A DNA stretch of 64,000 nucleotides. It comes from Tubulanus polymorphus. Taxonomy: Eukaryota > Animalia > Nemertea. Shown here one piece after another: positions 40,801 to 52,310 of the stretch. The notes under the pieces were generated by a model that did not search any database, was not told where the DNA came from, and saw only the letters and a list, made by a program, of their open reading frames with translations. The stretch covers positions 17,677,653 to 17,741,652 of the forward strand of contig NC_134028.1 of assembly GCF_964204645.1 (NCBI RefSeq), given 5' to 3'. Within the stretch, counting starts at the first letter, position 1, and each line of letters starts with the position of its first letter. Position numbers and translations under genes: made by a program.

Positions 40801-43800
40801 GACAGTGAGTCATTAACAGCGAGTAAGCTCTATGTTAACCGAGATCTCACGCCTATGGAACAAAACGAACTCAGAGCACTTCGGAATGAATTGAAACGCA
40901 GATCGGACAACGGCGAGAAAAATCTACGTATTTACAGGGGAAAAATCATTGAGTCATCAAACTTGCTCAGAAAGCGAACTGATGACCATCAGCCCTTTCT
41001 CGCAAGCGGGAGGCCATAACCCTCCCGTTTCATACTATGCTGCCACACTCACTACTGATAAAACTGTGGCAAAACCCTTAACTACATTTTTCGCGAATAT
41101 TGAGTGTGCCTTAAATAAAAAAGAGGAGTTAATGGCCAGAACAACAATAATGGACCCAGATATAATAGGGCTGTGCGAAGTTTTTCCAAAAAATGGGTAG
41201 ACTTTTAATATAGATGCATTAGTACCATCAGATTACCTAGCCATAGAACCTCCTGCTAACGGCCCCCTCGGCGTCGCTCTGTTCATTAAGAGTTACTTGA
41301 ACCCCTTGCAAATTGTTCCAGCCAGTTCAACGCCCCTTCATGAATCAGTGTGGTGTGAACTCGACATTCCCGGCTCCAACAACAAACTGCTATGTGGATG
41401 TATATACCACAGCCCGTCGAGCTCCCCACAGAACAATCACCAATTAATTGAAGAACTGTCTATCATGTCGTCGTTAAAGTATGATAACTTTCTAGTCGTG
41501 GGAGACTTCAATTTGCGCAATATAAATTGGAGAACGTTATCAGCCCCTGACTGGGCCATCACGAACAATATAGAACAGCACGTTCAGGAACCGACACGCT
41601 TCAGAGGGTCAAACATCCCTAGTCTCCTGGACCTCGTTCTCACAAAAATCAAACCCCAAATAATCTCAACAGATATAAGACCACCCCACGGTAAAAGCGA
41701 CCATTATGTAATTGTAAATAAACTTTGTTGCTATGACTCGACCAACGAACCCTTGGAACTGTCACAGAAACCTGCTTTCAGGAGAGGGAACTATGACCAA
41801 ATCAAAAAAAACCTTCAATCCATACCCTGGGATGTCATACTAAACAAGAAAGATATACAGGAATCATGGAACGCCTTCGAGATTATCCTGCAGGCTCAAA
41901 TTGACACCAACATCCCGCTCATTCAAAATAAAGTCAATACAGGAAAAAAAGGGCTAAGTGGTTAACCAAAGAATGTGGTAACCCAATAAACAAAAAACAC
42001 AAACTATGGAAGCGATATTTACACTCTCGCAACCTGGAAGCCTATACTAGGGCAAGAAACAAGGCAACAACTAACTGTAGGAAGGCTAAAAGAAATTTGC
42101 TAGCAAAGGAAATAAAATCAGATCCCAAATCCTTTTGGAATTACGTGAGGTATAGGACATCGAAACATGACAGTATTGCGAAGCTGGAACAGGGTGATGG
42201 AAAACCCCTAGTGTCCACGGACCTTGAAAAGGCAACTGTTCTGAATAATTCCTTGGCCTCGGTCTTTAGTGTGGAAAATCTAATAGATATGCCAATACTC
42301 GATAGAGACCCAATTACTAATGTGCTCTCTGACGTGATTATCTCACATGACAAAGTAAAGAATCTCCTCTCCGATTTGGACATATCCAAAGCTGCCGGAC
42401 CAGACGGACTACACACGCTCTTCTTGTCAAAGCTAAAAGATGAACTTGCCTATCCCCTATGTCTAATTTTCCAAAAATCTATTAGGGAAATGGAACTCCC
42501 CACCCAGTGGAAACAGGCGAATGTTTGCCCCATATTCAAAAAAGGTCAACAGCACAAACCAGCAAATTACCGTCCTATATCGCTTACTTCGATTGTCAGT
42601 AAGCTGCTTGAAAAAATCATAAGAGGATCAATCACGACCCACCTTGAAATGAACAAGCTCCTATCTGAGTCTCAAGCAGGTTTTAGAGTAAAACGATCGT
42701 GCCAAACACAGCTCTTGGAGGCAATTAATGATTGGACGGAGCTCATTGACCGTGGAATCGACGTCGACGTGGCATACTTCGACTTCTCCAAAGCGTTTGA
42801 CCGGGTTCCCCATGAAAGACTTCTACACAAGATCGCATCATACCAAATAAGTGGCAACATTCTTGGCTGGATAAGATCTTTTCTTAGCAATCGTAAACAG
42901 AGGGTTATTATCAATGGTTCATCGTCGGACTGGGCAACTGTCACCAGTGGTGTACCCCAAGGAAGTGTTCTCGGCCCTACCCTATTTCTAATATATATTA
43001 ACGACTTGTCTGACAGCTTATGTTCCGACATGCTAATGTTCGCTGACGATTTAAGATTGTATAGAGGAATCCAGAACTATGATGACTACGATATATTACA
43101 GGATGACATTAGCAAGACAACCAAATGGTCAGAGACTTGGCTCATGCCTTTCAACAATTCAAAGTGCAAAACCTTACACCTTTGTAGCAAAAACATTAAA
43201 CGCCAATACTATTTAACTACCCATTCTGGAAACCTCCCCTTGTTACAGGTAACATCTGAGAAGGACCTTGGTGTTGTAATAGACGAAAAATTAAACTTCG
43301 ACATTCACATTCAAAACTGCGTAAATAAAGCCAGGTCTATGACGGGACTTGTCAAAAGAACATTTACTTTCATTAACATCACCAGTTTCATGCATTTGTA
43401 CAAATCACTAATTAGACCCCACGTTGAATATGCTTCAGTCGTTTGGAACCCTGCAACTATTAAAAACATCAAAATGTTAGAATCTGTACAAAGAAAAGCT
43501 ACTAAAATGGTCCCTGAACTAAATGACTTGTCATACTGTGAGCGCCTTAAAAGCCTATTCCTACCCACTCTGGAATTCAGAAGATTACGTTACGCAATGA
43601 TTCAGATGTATAAGCTAATCCATGACGAAAGTCGAACTAAGAAACCGTTATTCAAACTCAACAATAATCGCTATAACACCCGCGGACATCCCCTCAAATT
43701 AACTAAACCTCACTGCAATAGACTTAACATCAGGATTAACTCGTTCACAATTAGATATATTGATGAGTGGAACAGGCTGCCCGCAAGTATTGTACTTTCA

Positions 43801-46800
43801 TCCGACAGTAACTGTTTCAAAAGAGAACTTAGCCCGCTCTGGGAAAACCATCCCCTCAAATATGAGCCATCATACGGAAACTAGGATTTCGATATCCGAT
43901 ACGCGTGTAAATAGTGCTGATCAGTATGGACTGTAACATTTTATATTATCGCGAGTGTTCATTAACCTGTATACGTTTTTCTTTTTTTATTCTACTATAT
44001 GTGCAGTCTCATGTTAAACGTTCATAGTACGGATCTTATACGAACATATTTGTTCTCGCGCGATCCAGGACTAAAGTTGGAGATTAAAGTTGGAGATTTG
44101 TATCATCTCCACTGATTTCAAGACCAGAAAATGTATGTACAATAATAAGAAGCAGTTTAACAGCAAAATGCAAACTTATTGATTTCGATGCTCGTTGCGA
44201 AAAACACTGCCGCGGATTATATACGGTAATATCAGAAGAATACGCCGAATTATTATTACTTGAAGAAGATATGCAATTTGAATTCCTGTCGTCACTAAAT
44301 GCCGGCGCTAGGGACGGTTTCAAGAAAGTCATCTTAATGCCATGTTTTACACATTGCCATACATGTAAAAAGAAAATCACGATACGCATTGTCCCGTCAT
44401 TCCCAATCGTTTATACGAAAAATGGTTGTGAAGTAGGAGCAATGTACACTGGAGAATGTAAAAATGCCGAGTGTGAGAACAAAGCTGTTTTTTGCCACAA
44501 TTACTTCACTACTGAAATTGAAGGAAAGAACATACGTTATTACACTAAGAATGTCGACAATTACTTCGCCTCATCATCGAAAACGGTATTCACAATTGAT
44601 CTACTTGACAATATTTCGACTCAGATAAATCATCATGGTGCATCTTTCATGGCTATTGCAAATGCATATAACGATGAACACGATGAATCAAATGGTTTAT
44701 TGAAAAATTCGACTTATTTCGGACGGAAGAATGGTCGTGATATTTGGCATCTTAATGAATTACGCATAGAAGAGGCTTGGTTTTTATATCGTATAACACG
44801 GTTAATTCAATACCCAGTCGGGCTAACATTTAAATACACCGATGGAAATCATGTAGATTTAGAATGTGTATGCGATGAAGCACTAACGGTATGTTTATCA
44901 TTTATTATCTCTTCCATAAGACCTCTTTAATTATCAATCACTTTACCTCGATTATAGGTTTTAATCTACGCATTTATCATTATTTTAGACATTTCAAGAT
45001 ATAAATACAAGGTGGCTCAAACACAAATGCTCAAGACCAGGTTGCAGGCAAGGTTACGTTATGTTAGACGGTAATGAAAAACTTAGACGAACTATATGCG
45101 CTGCACCTAAAACCGTGATACAAAGTGATGACATACGTATGGTTGAATTTTGTCATAATGATCCACAATATGGTGGAATGCACAAGAAATCGTCCAAGTA
45201 AGTCGAGTTTACTGAGTAAGCCATATACATGTAGTATCCAGGGAAACACTAACCGTATCAAACCATTTTAATATTTACGAAATATTTCGATTCGACTACC
45301 TACATAATTGTGGGAATTTGGAATGGAATATTACTAATTATATAAATGCTGTAGTCACTATAATATCTACTTTTTAACTATGTTCTGTGTAACTTTTAAA
45401 TGTTTAAATACAATCTTTACCTACAGATTTTGTATTGAACACAGAACGTACCATACCAGTAAAGGTAACTCCAGTACAACTGATAGAAACGTCGACGAAA
45501 AAGCAATCAGATTACGACGTATACCTCCGTATTTAAAAGGTAGATGTATTAAGAAAATTCTAGTCCTTTACTAAAATGTATTACAATGATCCTAAACATA
45601 AGCATTCTTTCTTTTTTTTCAGATTATGTATTCAATGAACAAGCTATGAAACAAATTTTAGACGTAGCTGATGCAGTGCAAGGCTGTAAGGATGTAAAGA
45701 ACAACGTTAATAAATTCTATGCTACCACATCTGGAGTGCTAGCGATCATCAAACCATGTGGCATTGTAGTAAGGATGTGTGAAATGTATTCGGCTGAGAG
45801 TATTACGCAGGCATTTCTGTTTTTATACGACACATACATTTCCAGCGGTTGTGAGCAGTATCTTCGCTATGTCGGCTACGATCGTGCATGCGAATTACAC
45901 CCTTTCCTTGAGAGATTATCGAATAATGGATCCGAGAAAGCAGAAGCAGTGTTGAAAAACAGAAAATACCTGGTTGACATTTTTCATGTCGAAAAACACA
46001 CGAAGAAATGCTGCATGCCTTTGACGGACAACCCACAATGTAGATATCATCCGAAACTCGATTGTTTCGCAGAAATTCATGAAAGCAATACAGAGTCGTG
46101 CGAACAAGGTTTCAGGCGTCTGAATAGATACAAATTCAGCACACGTAACATGACAAAGAGCAAGAGGAAATTGTATTTTGAGATTGTAAACCATGACTTC
46201 AACTGCTATTTAGAAAAACGATTATTTTTGGAATGAATAAAATCATACATTTACATTGTTCGTTTAATAATCAAATACTGTATTGTATTGAAATGTGTTG
46301 CAAATTTCAAATGGTTTGTTAAATATATTCTTGATATTAATAAAATGTGTTTTTACCAGTACTCTCAACTCTCAGTATTATCTTGTCTTATTTTGAATTG
46401 GAATAGGCCCTATGTACGTATATATGTAGACTTATTTGTCTCAGACAAGGGCAGTTTCAACCAATGGTCTTGTTGCCTGAAATTTCTAAGGTGCCGCAAG
46501 TTGTTTACATATTTTTTTTAAATGCGATTTGAAAAAGAGGATTTGATCAAAATTTGACGTAGCAAGCTAACGTTAGAGGTTCAAATCAATGATTTTCTAC
46601 TGAGTAATTATGGTTCATAAACTTTCAGATATCATTTTTTTGTTTAAACTATAGGCTATCGGAATATACGAAGAACTGAAAGTGTTGCTCGAGTCATTAG
46701 ACATTTATAAAAGTGGATCGTCGATAGACCGAAAACAATTTCTAAATTTGAATGGGGGATCATCCTGGTCAAGAAATTACCGTTGCACCGGGTTTCAACA

Positions 46801-48088
46801 TATTCCTAAAACTGCGTTGAATCACACTGGTTGTATGCAGCCGAACTTACTTTGTGCAATGCTATCGAAAGATGACTACGACGGATTCAACGACAGGTAA
46901 GACATAAATTTCGTTGCGGAACCCTCGTCCACAGTTGTATATTGTGATATAGACGAACATATAGTTTCATATATATTCAATTACATTACAGATATTTGTT
47001 AAGTTGCCCTAAAGAGTGTTTTTATACGTCAGACGACTACAGAATTCCAATGCCAGACAAATTTAAAAATTACATGAAAGATTACATGTCAGTTGTAATG
47101 GCGTTACACGTAAAAACCGTAACATATACGTTCGACGAGTCGGCAAAGCAGGAATTCAATCGTTTTCACGATAATTATTATTTAGTCAAAAGGAACGAAT
47201 ATTTGGATGATGATGATCGCCGAGGCGTTGTATCAAAAGCGCTTGGGTACTGTGCTCGGCTAGCCGGAATATTGAAATGCATGAAAATATCTATGGCACT
47301 GGTGGATGGTGTGTATGAAATTTTAATTTCATTTTAAAGGAATTTTTACGCTCATTTTAACCTCATTATGCACTGTTTTCAGATGGTACGGTTTTTGATC
47401 ACACTCCTGACGTTGTAATCACAGATAACGATGTAAAACAAGCAATACTGCTTATCAAATACAATGTCGATACAAAGTTCGCATTACTTCCGGATTTCCG
47501 AAATCCGAGTGCTGGTGAGTAGGTGACTGCTATGTTCTATCATGTACTGCATTAATTTTACCCTAGTACAAACAAAATACATTCTGCTATTGTGTATAAA
47601 ATGTATTCTTTTATTTCAGTTACAGAACGAAATCCGTGCAAATTCGACGCTGATGTCAAATTCAAAAAGATACTAGAGTACACACGGGAAAATGAAACAC
47701 TCGCAACCGCTACTGCTTGCAAATACAGTTTATTTCCAAGCATTCCAAAGGAAAATCGCCGAGACGCCAAGACATCTCATTCTAAATGGGCAGCTGAATG
47801 TGTATTCCAAGAGGTAAGGAGATTATCATATTCTTCCATATTTGTTATAAGTATTAATTTCGTATATTTATCACGGTAAAATTATAGATATGCTTGTATA
47901 ACGATAATGACTATTTATGACAGTTACAAGAAAAAGGATTCGGGGATAGCGAAATTCAAGTACATAAAATCAACAAGACAAAATCTTTGGTATTCAAAAA
48001 AAGACCGTTCGCTGAACTAACATCTGAAACCAAGGACACGCTTAAAAGATTGAAGATATCTGAAGCAAGATACCGGAATGGACGCTAA
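37882..48088 (+). CDS. DUF3987/YfjI-like P-loop ATPase (putative helicase), 7 exons, 498 aa, intact
   Basis: Exons 37882-38044, 38538-38821, 46655-46896, 46992-47308, 47383-47514, 47620-47813, 47924-48088. All GT-AG with matching phases, 1497 nt, no internal stop. Walker-A-like ARKGERKS, Walker-B-like AIGIYEE, plus GCMQP and DGFNDRYL. The start codon is tentative. Confidence 0.85.
39430..41019 (+). pseudogene. LINE ORF1 with PHD finger, coiled coil and RRM-like region (one in-frame stop at 39667)
   Basis: CYIC...CNRCDNLICLTC...WFCPKC, ERRNRELNLIIHNLPE, RLGK...PRPLKV, LYVNRDLT. ORFs 39430 and 39739 share a frame. Confidence 0.85.
40949..43884 (+). pseudogene. LINE ORF2, AP-endonuclease plus reverse transcriptase (stop at 41198, frameshift near 41945)
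   Basis: DIIGLCE, VVGDFN, LDLV, SDH (endonuclease); YRPISLTS, DFSKAFD, GVPQGSVLGP, FADD, DLGV (RT). Confidence 0.95.
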
Positions 48089-48469
48089 ATTGGTTAGCAT
48101 TCGCTATCATTTTAAAGTTTTTTCCAACTACTGAATGATAAGAAAAAAACATTTAACAGCGATAAGAAGATTCATACAAATTGAATATCTACGTAAGATA
48201 TCATCTGACTCTCTTTTTTGATTTTATCTTTTCAGAAGCTGATGTGTAACCGAAATTCACACAATCAACAAAAATACGAAATATGAAATCGTAAACTGTA
48301 AAACGACTTCAAATGCTCTTTGGGAAAAAATTTGTTATTAACTGTATTGTTATTAAGGAATTACAAATATATTCTGAATATTAATCCAACGTGTTTATAA
48401 TCATATTTGAATAGTATAATGTTTATAATCATCATAGAATAACAAAATAGAACAAATAAGCATTTTGAA

Positions 48470-50120
48470 ATCCTACTATTTTGACTATCCTTTCGAATAG
48501 TAGAATAGTAACTATTCTATTACGATCGTACTCGCTCGATTGTACCGATCATTAGAATAGCGATGGTCATAATGAGAAAAATCATTGAATAGTAAAATAG
48601 TTAAGTATAAGGTTTAGAGGGTTAAGTGTTTAGAGGGTTAAGTTTAGAGGGTTAGGTGTTTAGAGGGTTGGGATTTAGAGGGTTAGGGTTTAGAGGATTA
48701 AGTGTTTAGAGGGTTAGGTTTAAAGGGTTAAGTGTTTTAAGGGTTAGGATTCAAAATATTTACGGTTAAGAGGGTTAGGTTTCAAAATAGTTAGGGTTTA
48801 GAGGGTTAGGGTTAGAATAGTAGAATAGTAACTATTCTATTAATTATTCAATTAATCTTTTATATTAATATATTATTTAATATTAATTATATTATAGATT
48901 AATTATATATAATAGAATAGCGATGGTCATAAAGAGAAAAATTGTAGAATAGTAAAATAGTTAAGCATTTTCAAGTCCAACTATTTTTACTATCCTTTAG
49001 AATAGTAGAATAGAAGAATAATAGAATAGTAACTATTCTATTACGATCGTAACGATCGTAATAGAATAGTTTATATTCTACTATTCTAACGAACGTAACG
49101 ATCGTTAGAATAGCGACGGTCATAATGAGAAAATTCATAAAAAGTAAAATAGTTAAATCCTACTATTTTGACTATCCTTTAGAATAGTAGAATAGTAACT
49201 ATTCTATTACGATCGTACTCGATCGTAACGATCGTTAGAATAGCGATGGTCATATTGAGAAAAATCGTAGAATAGTAGAATAGTAAAATCCTACTATTTT
49301 GACTATCCTTTAGAATAGTAGAATAGTGACTATTCTATTACGATCGTACTCGATTGTAACGATCGTTAGAATAGCGATGGTCATAATGAGAAAAAGCGTA
49401 GAATAGTAGAATAGTTAAATCCTACTATTTTTACTATCCTTTAGAATAGTAGAATAGTAGAATAGTAACTATTCTATTACGATCATACTCGATCGTAACG
49501 ATCGTTAGAATAGCGATGGTCATAATGAGAAAAATCGTAGAATAGTAGAATAGGAAAATCCTACTATTTTTACTATCCTTTAGAATAGTAGAATAGCAGA
49601 ATAGTGACTATTCTATTACGATCGTACTCGATCGTAACGATCGTTAGAATAGCGATGGTCATAATGAGAAAAATCATAGAATAGTAGAATAGTAAAATCC
49701 TACTATTTTTACTATCCTTTAGAATAGTAGAATAGTAACTATTCTATTACGATCGTACTCGATCGTAACGATCGTTAGAATAGCGATGGTCATAATGAGA
49801 AAGATGGTAGAATAGTAGAATAGTAAAATCCTACTATTTTTACTATCCTTTAGAATAGTAGAATAGTAGAATAGTGACTATTCTATTACGATCGTACTCA
49901 ATCGTAACGATCGTTAGAATAGCGATGGTCATAATGAGAAAAATCGTAGAATAGTAGAATAGTTAAATCCTACTATTTTTACTATCCTTTAGAATAGTAG
50001 AATAGTAGAAAAAAGTTTTGGATAGTGATAGAATAGTGACTCTTTCCGATCGTATATGATTTACATAGAAATGCATTGTAGAATAGTTTGAATAGTTATC
50101 TGCGCACTATTCTACTATTA
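48470..50120 (-). repeat. Right subterminal array of 131/139-bp units with GTAGAATA iterations and ACGATCGT palindromes
   Basis: GCGATGGTC recurs at spacings of 131 or 139 bp, differing by one 8-mer. The 8-mer is mostly inverted relative to the left array. Confidence 0.93.
48605..48815 (+). repeat. Second telomere-like G-rich tract
   Basis: TTTAGAGGGTTAGGG variants on the same strand as 36293-37050. Confidence 0.9.
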
Positions 50121-52310
50121 TTAGATCCCGCACCAATCTCCCCCTGGTGACCATATGCAAAGCCCAATGACTTTGAAACTAACCATAATCATAGAACATG
50201 TCATGAGCTACAACTTTTCAATTGCTCATGGTAACAAGATATGCCGAGGTGCCAAAATAATAAGGGAATACTTATGTTATTGTATTGTTCAACGACCCCT
50301 GGTGGCCATATACAAAAACCAATGACCTTGAATCTCACCACAATTATAGACCATGTCTGGAGCTAGAACTTTCCAATTGATTGTAGTAACAAAATATGCA
50401 TAGGTACGAATATAATATGGAAATACTAAGTTTTTGAATTGTTCAACACCCCATGGTGGCCATTGAGAAAACCTATGACCTAGAAACTCACCACAATCAT
50501 AGAACATATCAGCAGCTACGATTTTCTAATTGATTGCGGTAACAACTTATGCAAGCTATTCTAGTTATTCAATCCCCTTGGTGACCATATGCAAAGCCCA
50601 ATGACCTCGAAACTCACTCAATTCATAGAACATGTTATGAGCTACAACTTTGCAATTGAACATGGTAACAAAATATGTCTAGGAATCAATATAATAAGGA
50701 AATACTAAGCTTTTTTACTTTTCAACGCCCCCTGGTGACTATATGGAATAACTAGTGACCTTTAAACTCACCACAATCATTGGAAATATCATGAGTGACA
50801 ACTTTTCAATTGATTGTGGTAACACAATATTCATAGGTATAAATATAATATAGAAAATATTATGTTATTGCATTGTTCAATGTCCCCTGGTGGCCATAAA
50901 CAAAAACTAATGACCTTGAAACTCACCACAATCATAGAACACGTTCTGAGTTACAATTTTTCAATTGATTGTGGTGACAAAATATGCTTAGGTATCAATA
51001 TAATGCGGAAATACTTTATTTCATCTATGAATGAGTACTGATGACACCAAGATGGCCGCCAATTGCATCATAATTGGCTGATCATAAATACCTGTCTCAG
51101 GTATAAAAGATCTCTTTTCAAAGAATACCAATCACAAATAGCAATGGAAAAGGCAAACCATTAGGAAGTTGCAAGACTCAGAATTCACGCCAAAATTGAC
51201 ATTTTGGGCACAAAAAGGTCACAGGATGGCCATCTTGAGTCTGATCGACCTAATTTTTCTCATGCTGATGAGCCCTTGGGTATACAAATATGTCTAAAAG
51301 ATCAAGGTAATTGATAAAAGCGTCCTCAAAATTTCCCTCGAAAACATCAAAAATATGTAAGACGTGCTGAATTTGGCAAACAACAATGGCTGCCAGTCAG
51401 CCATCTTGAATCTGAGAGGGCCAGTTTTTAGGCTGAAGATGTGTCTAGGGTAGATACATGTATAAACCAAATATCAAGACATTACCTTGAAGTGTCTTCA
51501 AAACTTCCCAAAATAACTGGACTCCGTCTACAGACGGATGAAAAGTGAACACAATAGTTCACTGGGACTAAAGTCCCAAGTGGGTTAAAAAGGAACAAGT
51601 CCCACCTCACCGGGCAGGCTGGGTAAATGTAGTTAATCATATCAATTACAATTATAACAAATTGAACACCACTTTTGCTGAAATGTAATTTAGAATTCAA
51701 AAATGTCATAATTTGAGAGTTATGCTTGTTTTCTGGGCTTATTTTCTCAAAGATACGCTTTTCACTAGTAATTCCTTTGGAGGTTTACGTTTGATGATCT
51801 ATCCTACCATTCCAGTTTCAAACTGAACATCACCAAATACCTCTTAAAGGCAGATGAGTAACAGCCACAGCAAAAACTTCATAGAGAAGCTGAAAAGTGT
51901 TTGTCCAACTTATTCAAACTTTATTGAAAATATTTTCAAAAGTATTGCAATATAAATATCGACTTTCAATGAAAAACTTTGGTGGAGTATCGATTTCAAA
52001 GCCATTCCGAAGAAAGTGGTGTTTACTGTAGTATAGACGAATAGAAACCACTGATAGGGATTGTACATATCATTTAACATCCACATGACGAAACCTGAAA
52101 AAACAAAAAATGGACCGATTTAGTTTCTGCCTAATCAAAACACAAATAAAATGTATTCATTACACTGTTGGGGCTTGATAAATTAGGATATCAAAGGCTG
52201 GCCATGAACAACCTCATGATCCAGTTACTGTTTTCTGCATAAATATCTAGAGTGAAGAGTAAGAAAAATTGACTGACGCTCCCACCAAGCCAAGCCATGC
52301 AAATCTATGC

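Larger units (their letters stand above)
39352..44093 (+). mobile_element. Near-full-length CR1-group LINE inserted in transposase exon 1
   Basis: TSD AGATTTGTATC at 39341-39351 and 44094-44104. 3' tail (TAAAGTTGGAGAT)2. Contains ORF1 and ORF2. Confidence 0.92.
39245..46236 (+). pseudogene. KDZ transposase (CxC5/CxC6-type), 4 exons, ~608 aa after removing the LINE insertion
   Basis: Exons 39245-39351 + 44105-44888, 44989-45197, 45427-45539, 45623-46236, all in phase. Motifs HKC..PGC..GYVMLDGNEKLRRTICA, FCIEH, KPCGIV..CEMYSAES, GYDRACELH, LVDIFHVEKH, NTESCEQGF. AATAAA at the stop. Confidence 0.88.
33216..50140 (+). mobile_element. Complete ~16.9-kb KDZ/Zisupton-like DNA transposon carrying a DUF3987-like ATPase gene
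   Basis: TSD CCCCTGGT at 33208-33215 and 50141-50148. TIR CATAATGGTGCGGGATCTTATAATAGTTGAATAGT versus the reverse-complemented right end GAGATTGGTGCGGGATCTAATAATAGTAGAATAGT (30/35 identical). Internal KDZ transposase gene. Confidence 0.9.
32917..51590 (-). mobile_element. Helentron/HINE family A copy with a central ~145-bp satellite array, split by the KDZ transposon (left 32917-33215, right 50141-51590)
   Basis: Same termini as 14565-15126. Satellite units (GACCTTGAAACTCACCACAATCATAGAAC...) lie on both sides of the insertion and rejoin as CAACGCCCCCTGGT|GACCATATG. Confidence 0.75.

Noticed and set aside
42141-43568. Antisense ORFs inside the LINE RT
   Set aside because: Shadow frames of the RT coding sequence.
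37882-48088. Bacterial or prophage contamination as the source of the DUF3987-like gene
   Set aside because: The gene has six GT-AG introns and is continuous with animal sequence.
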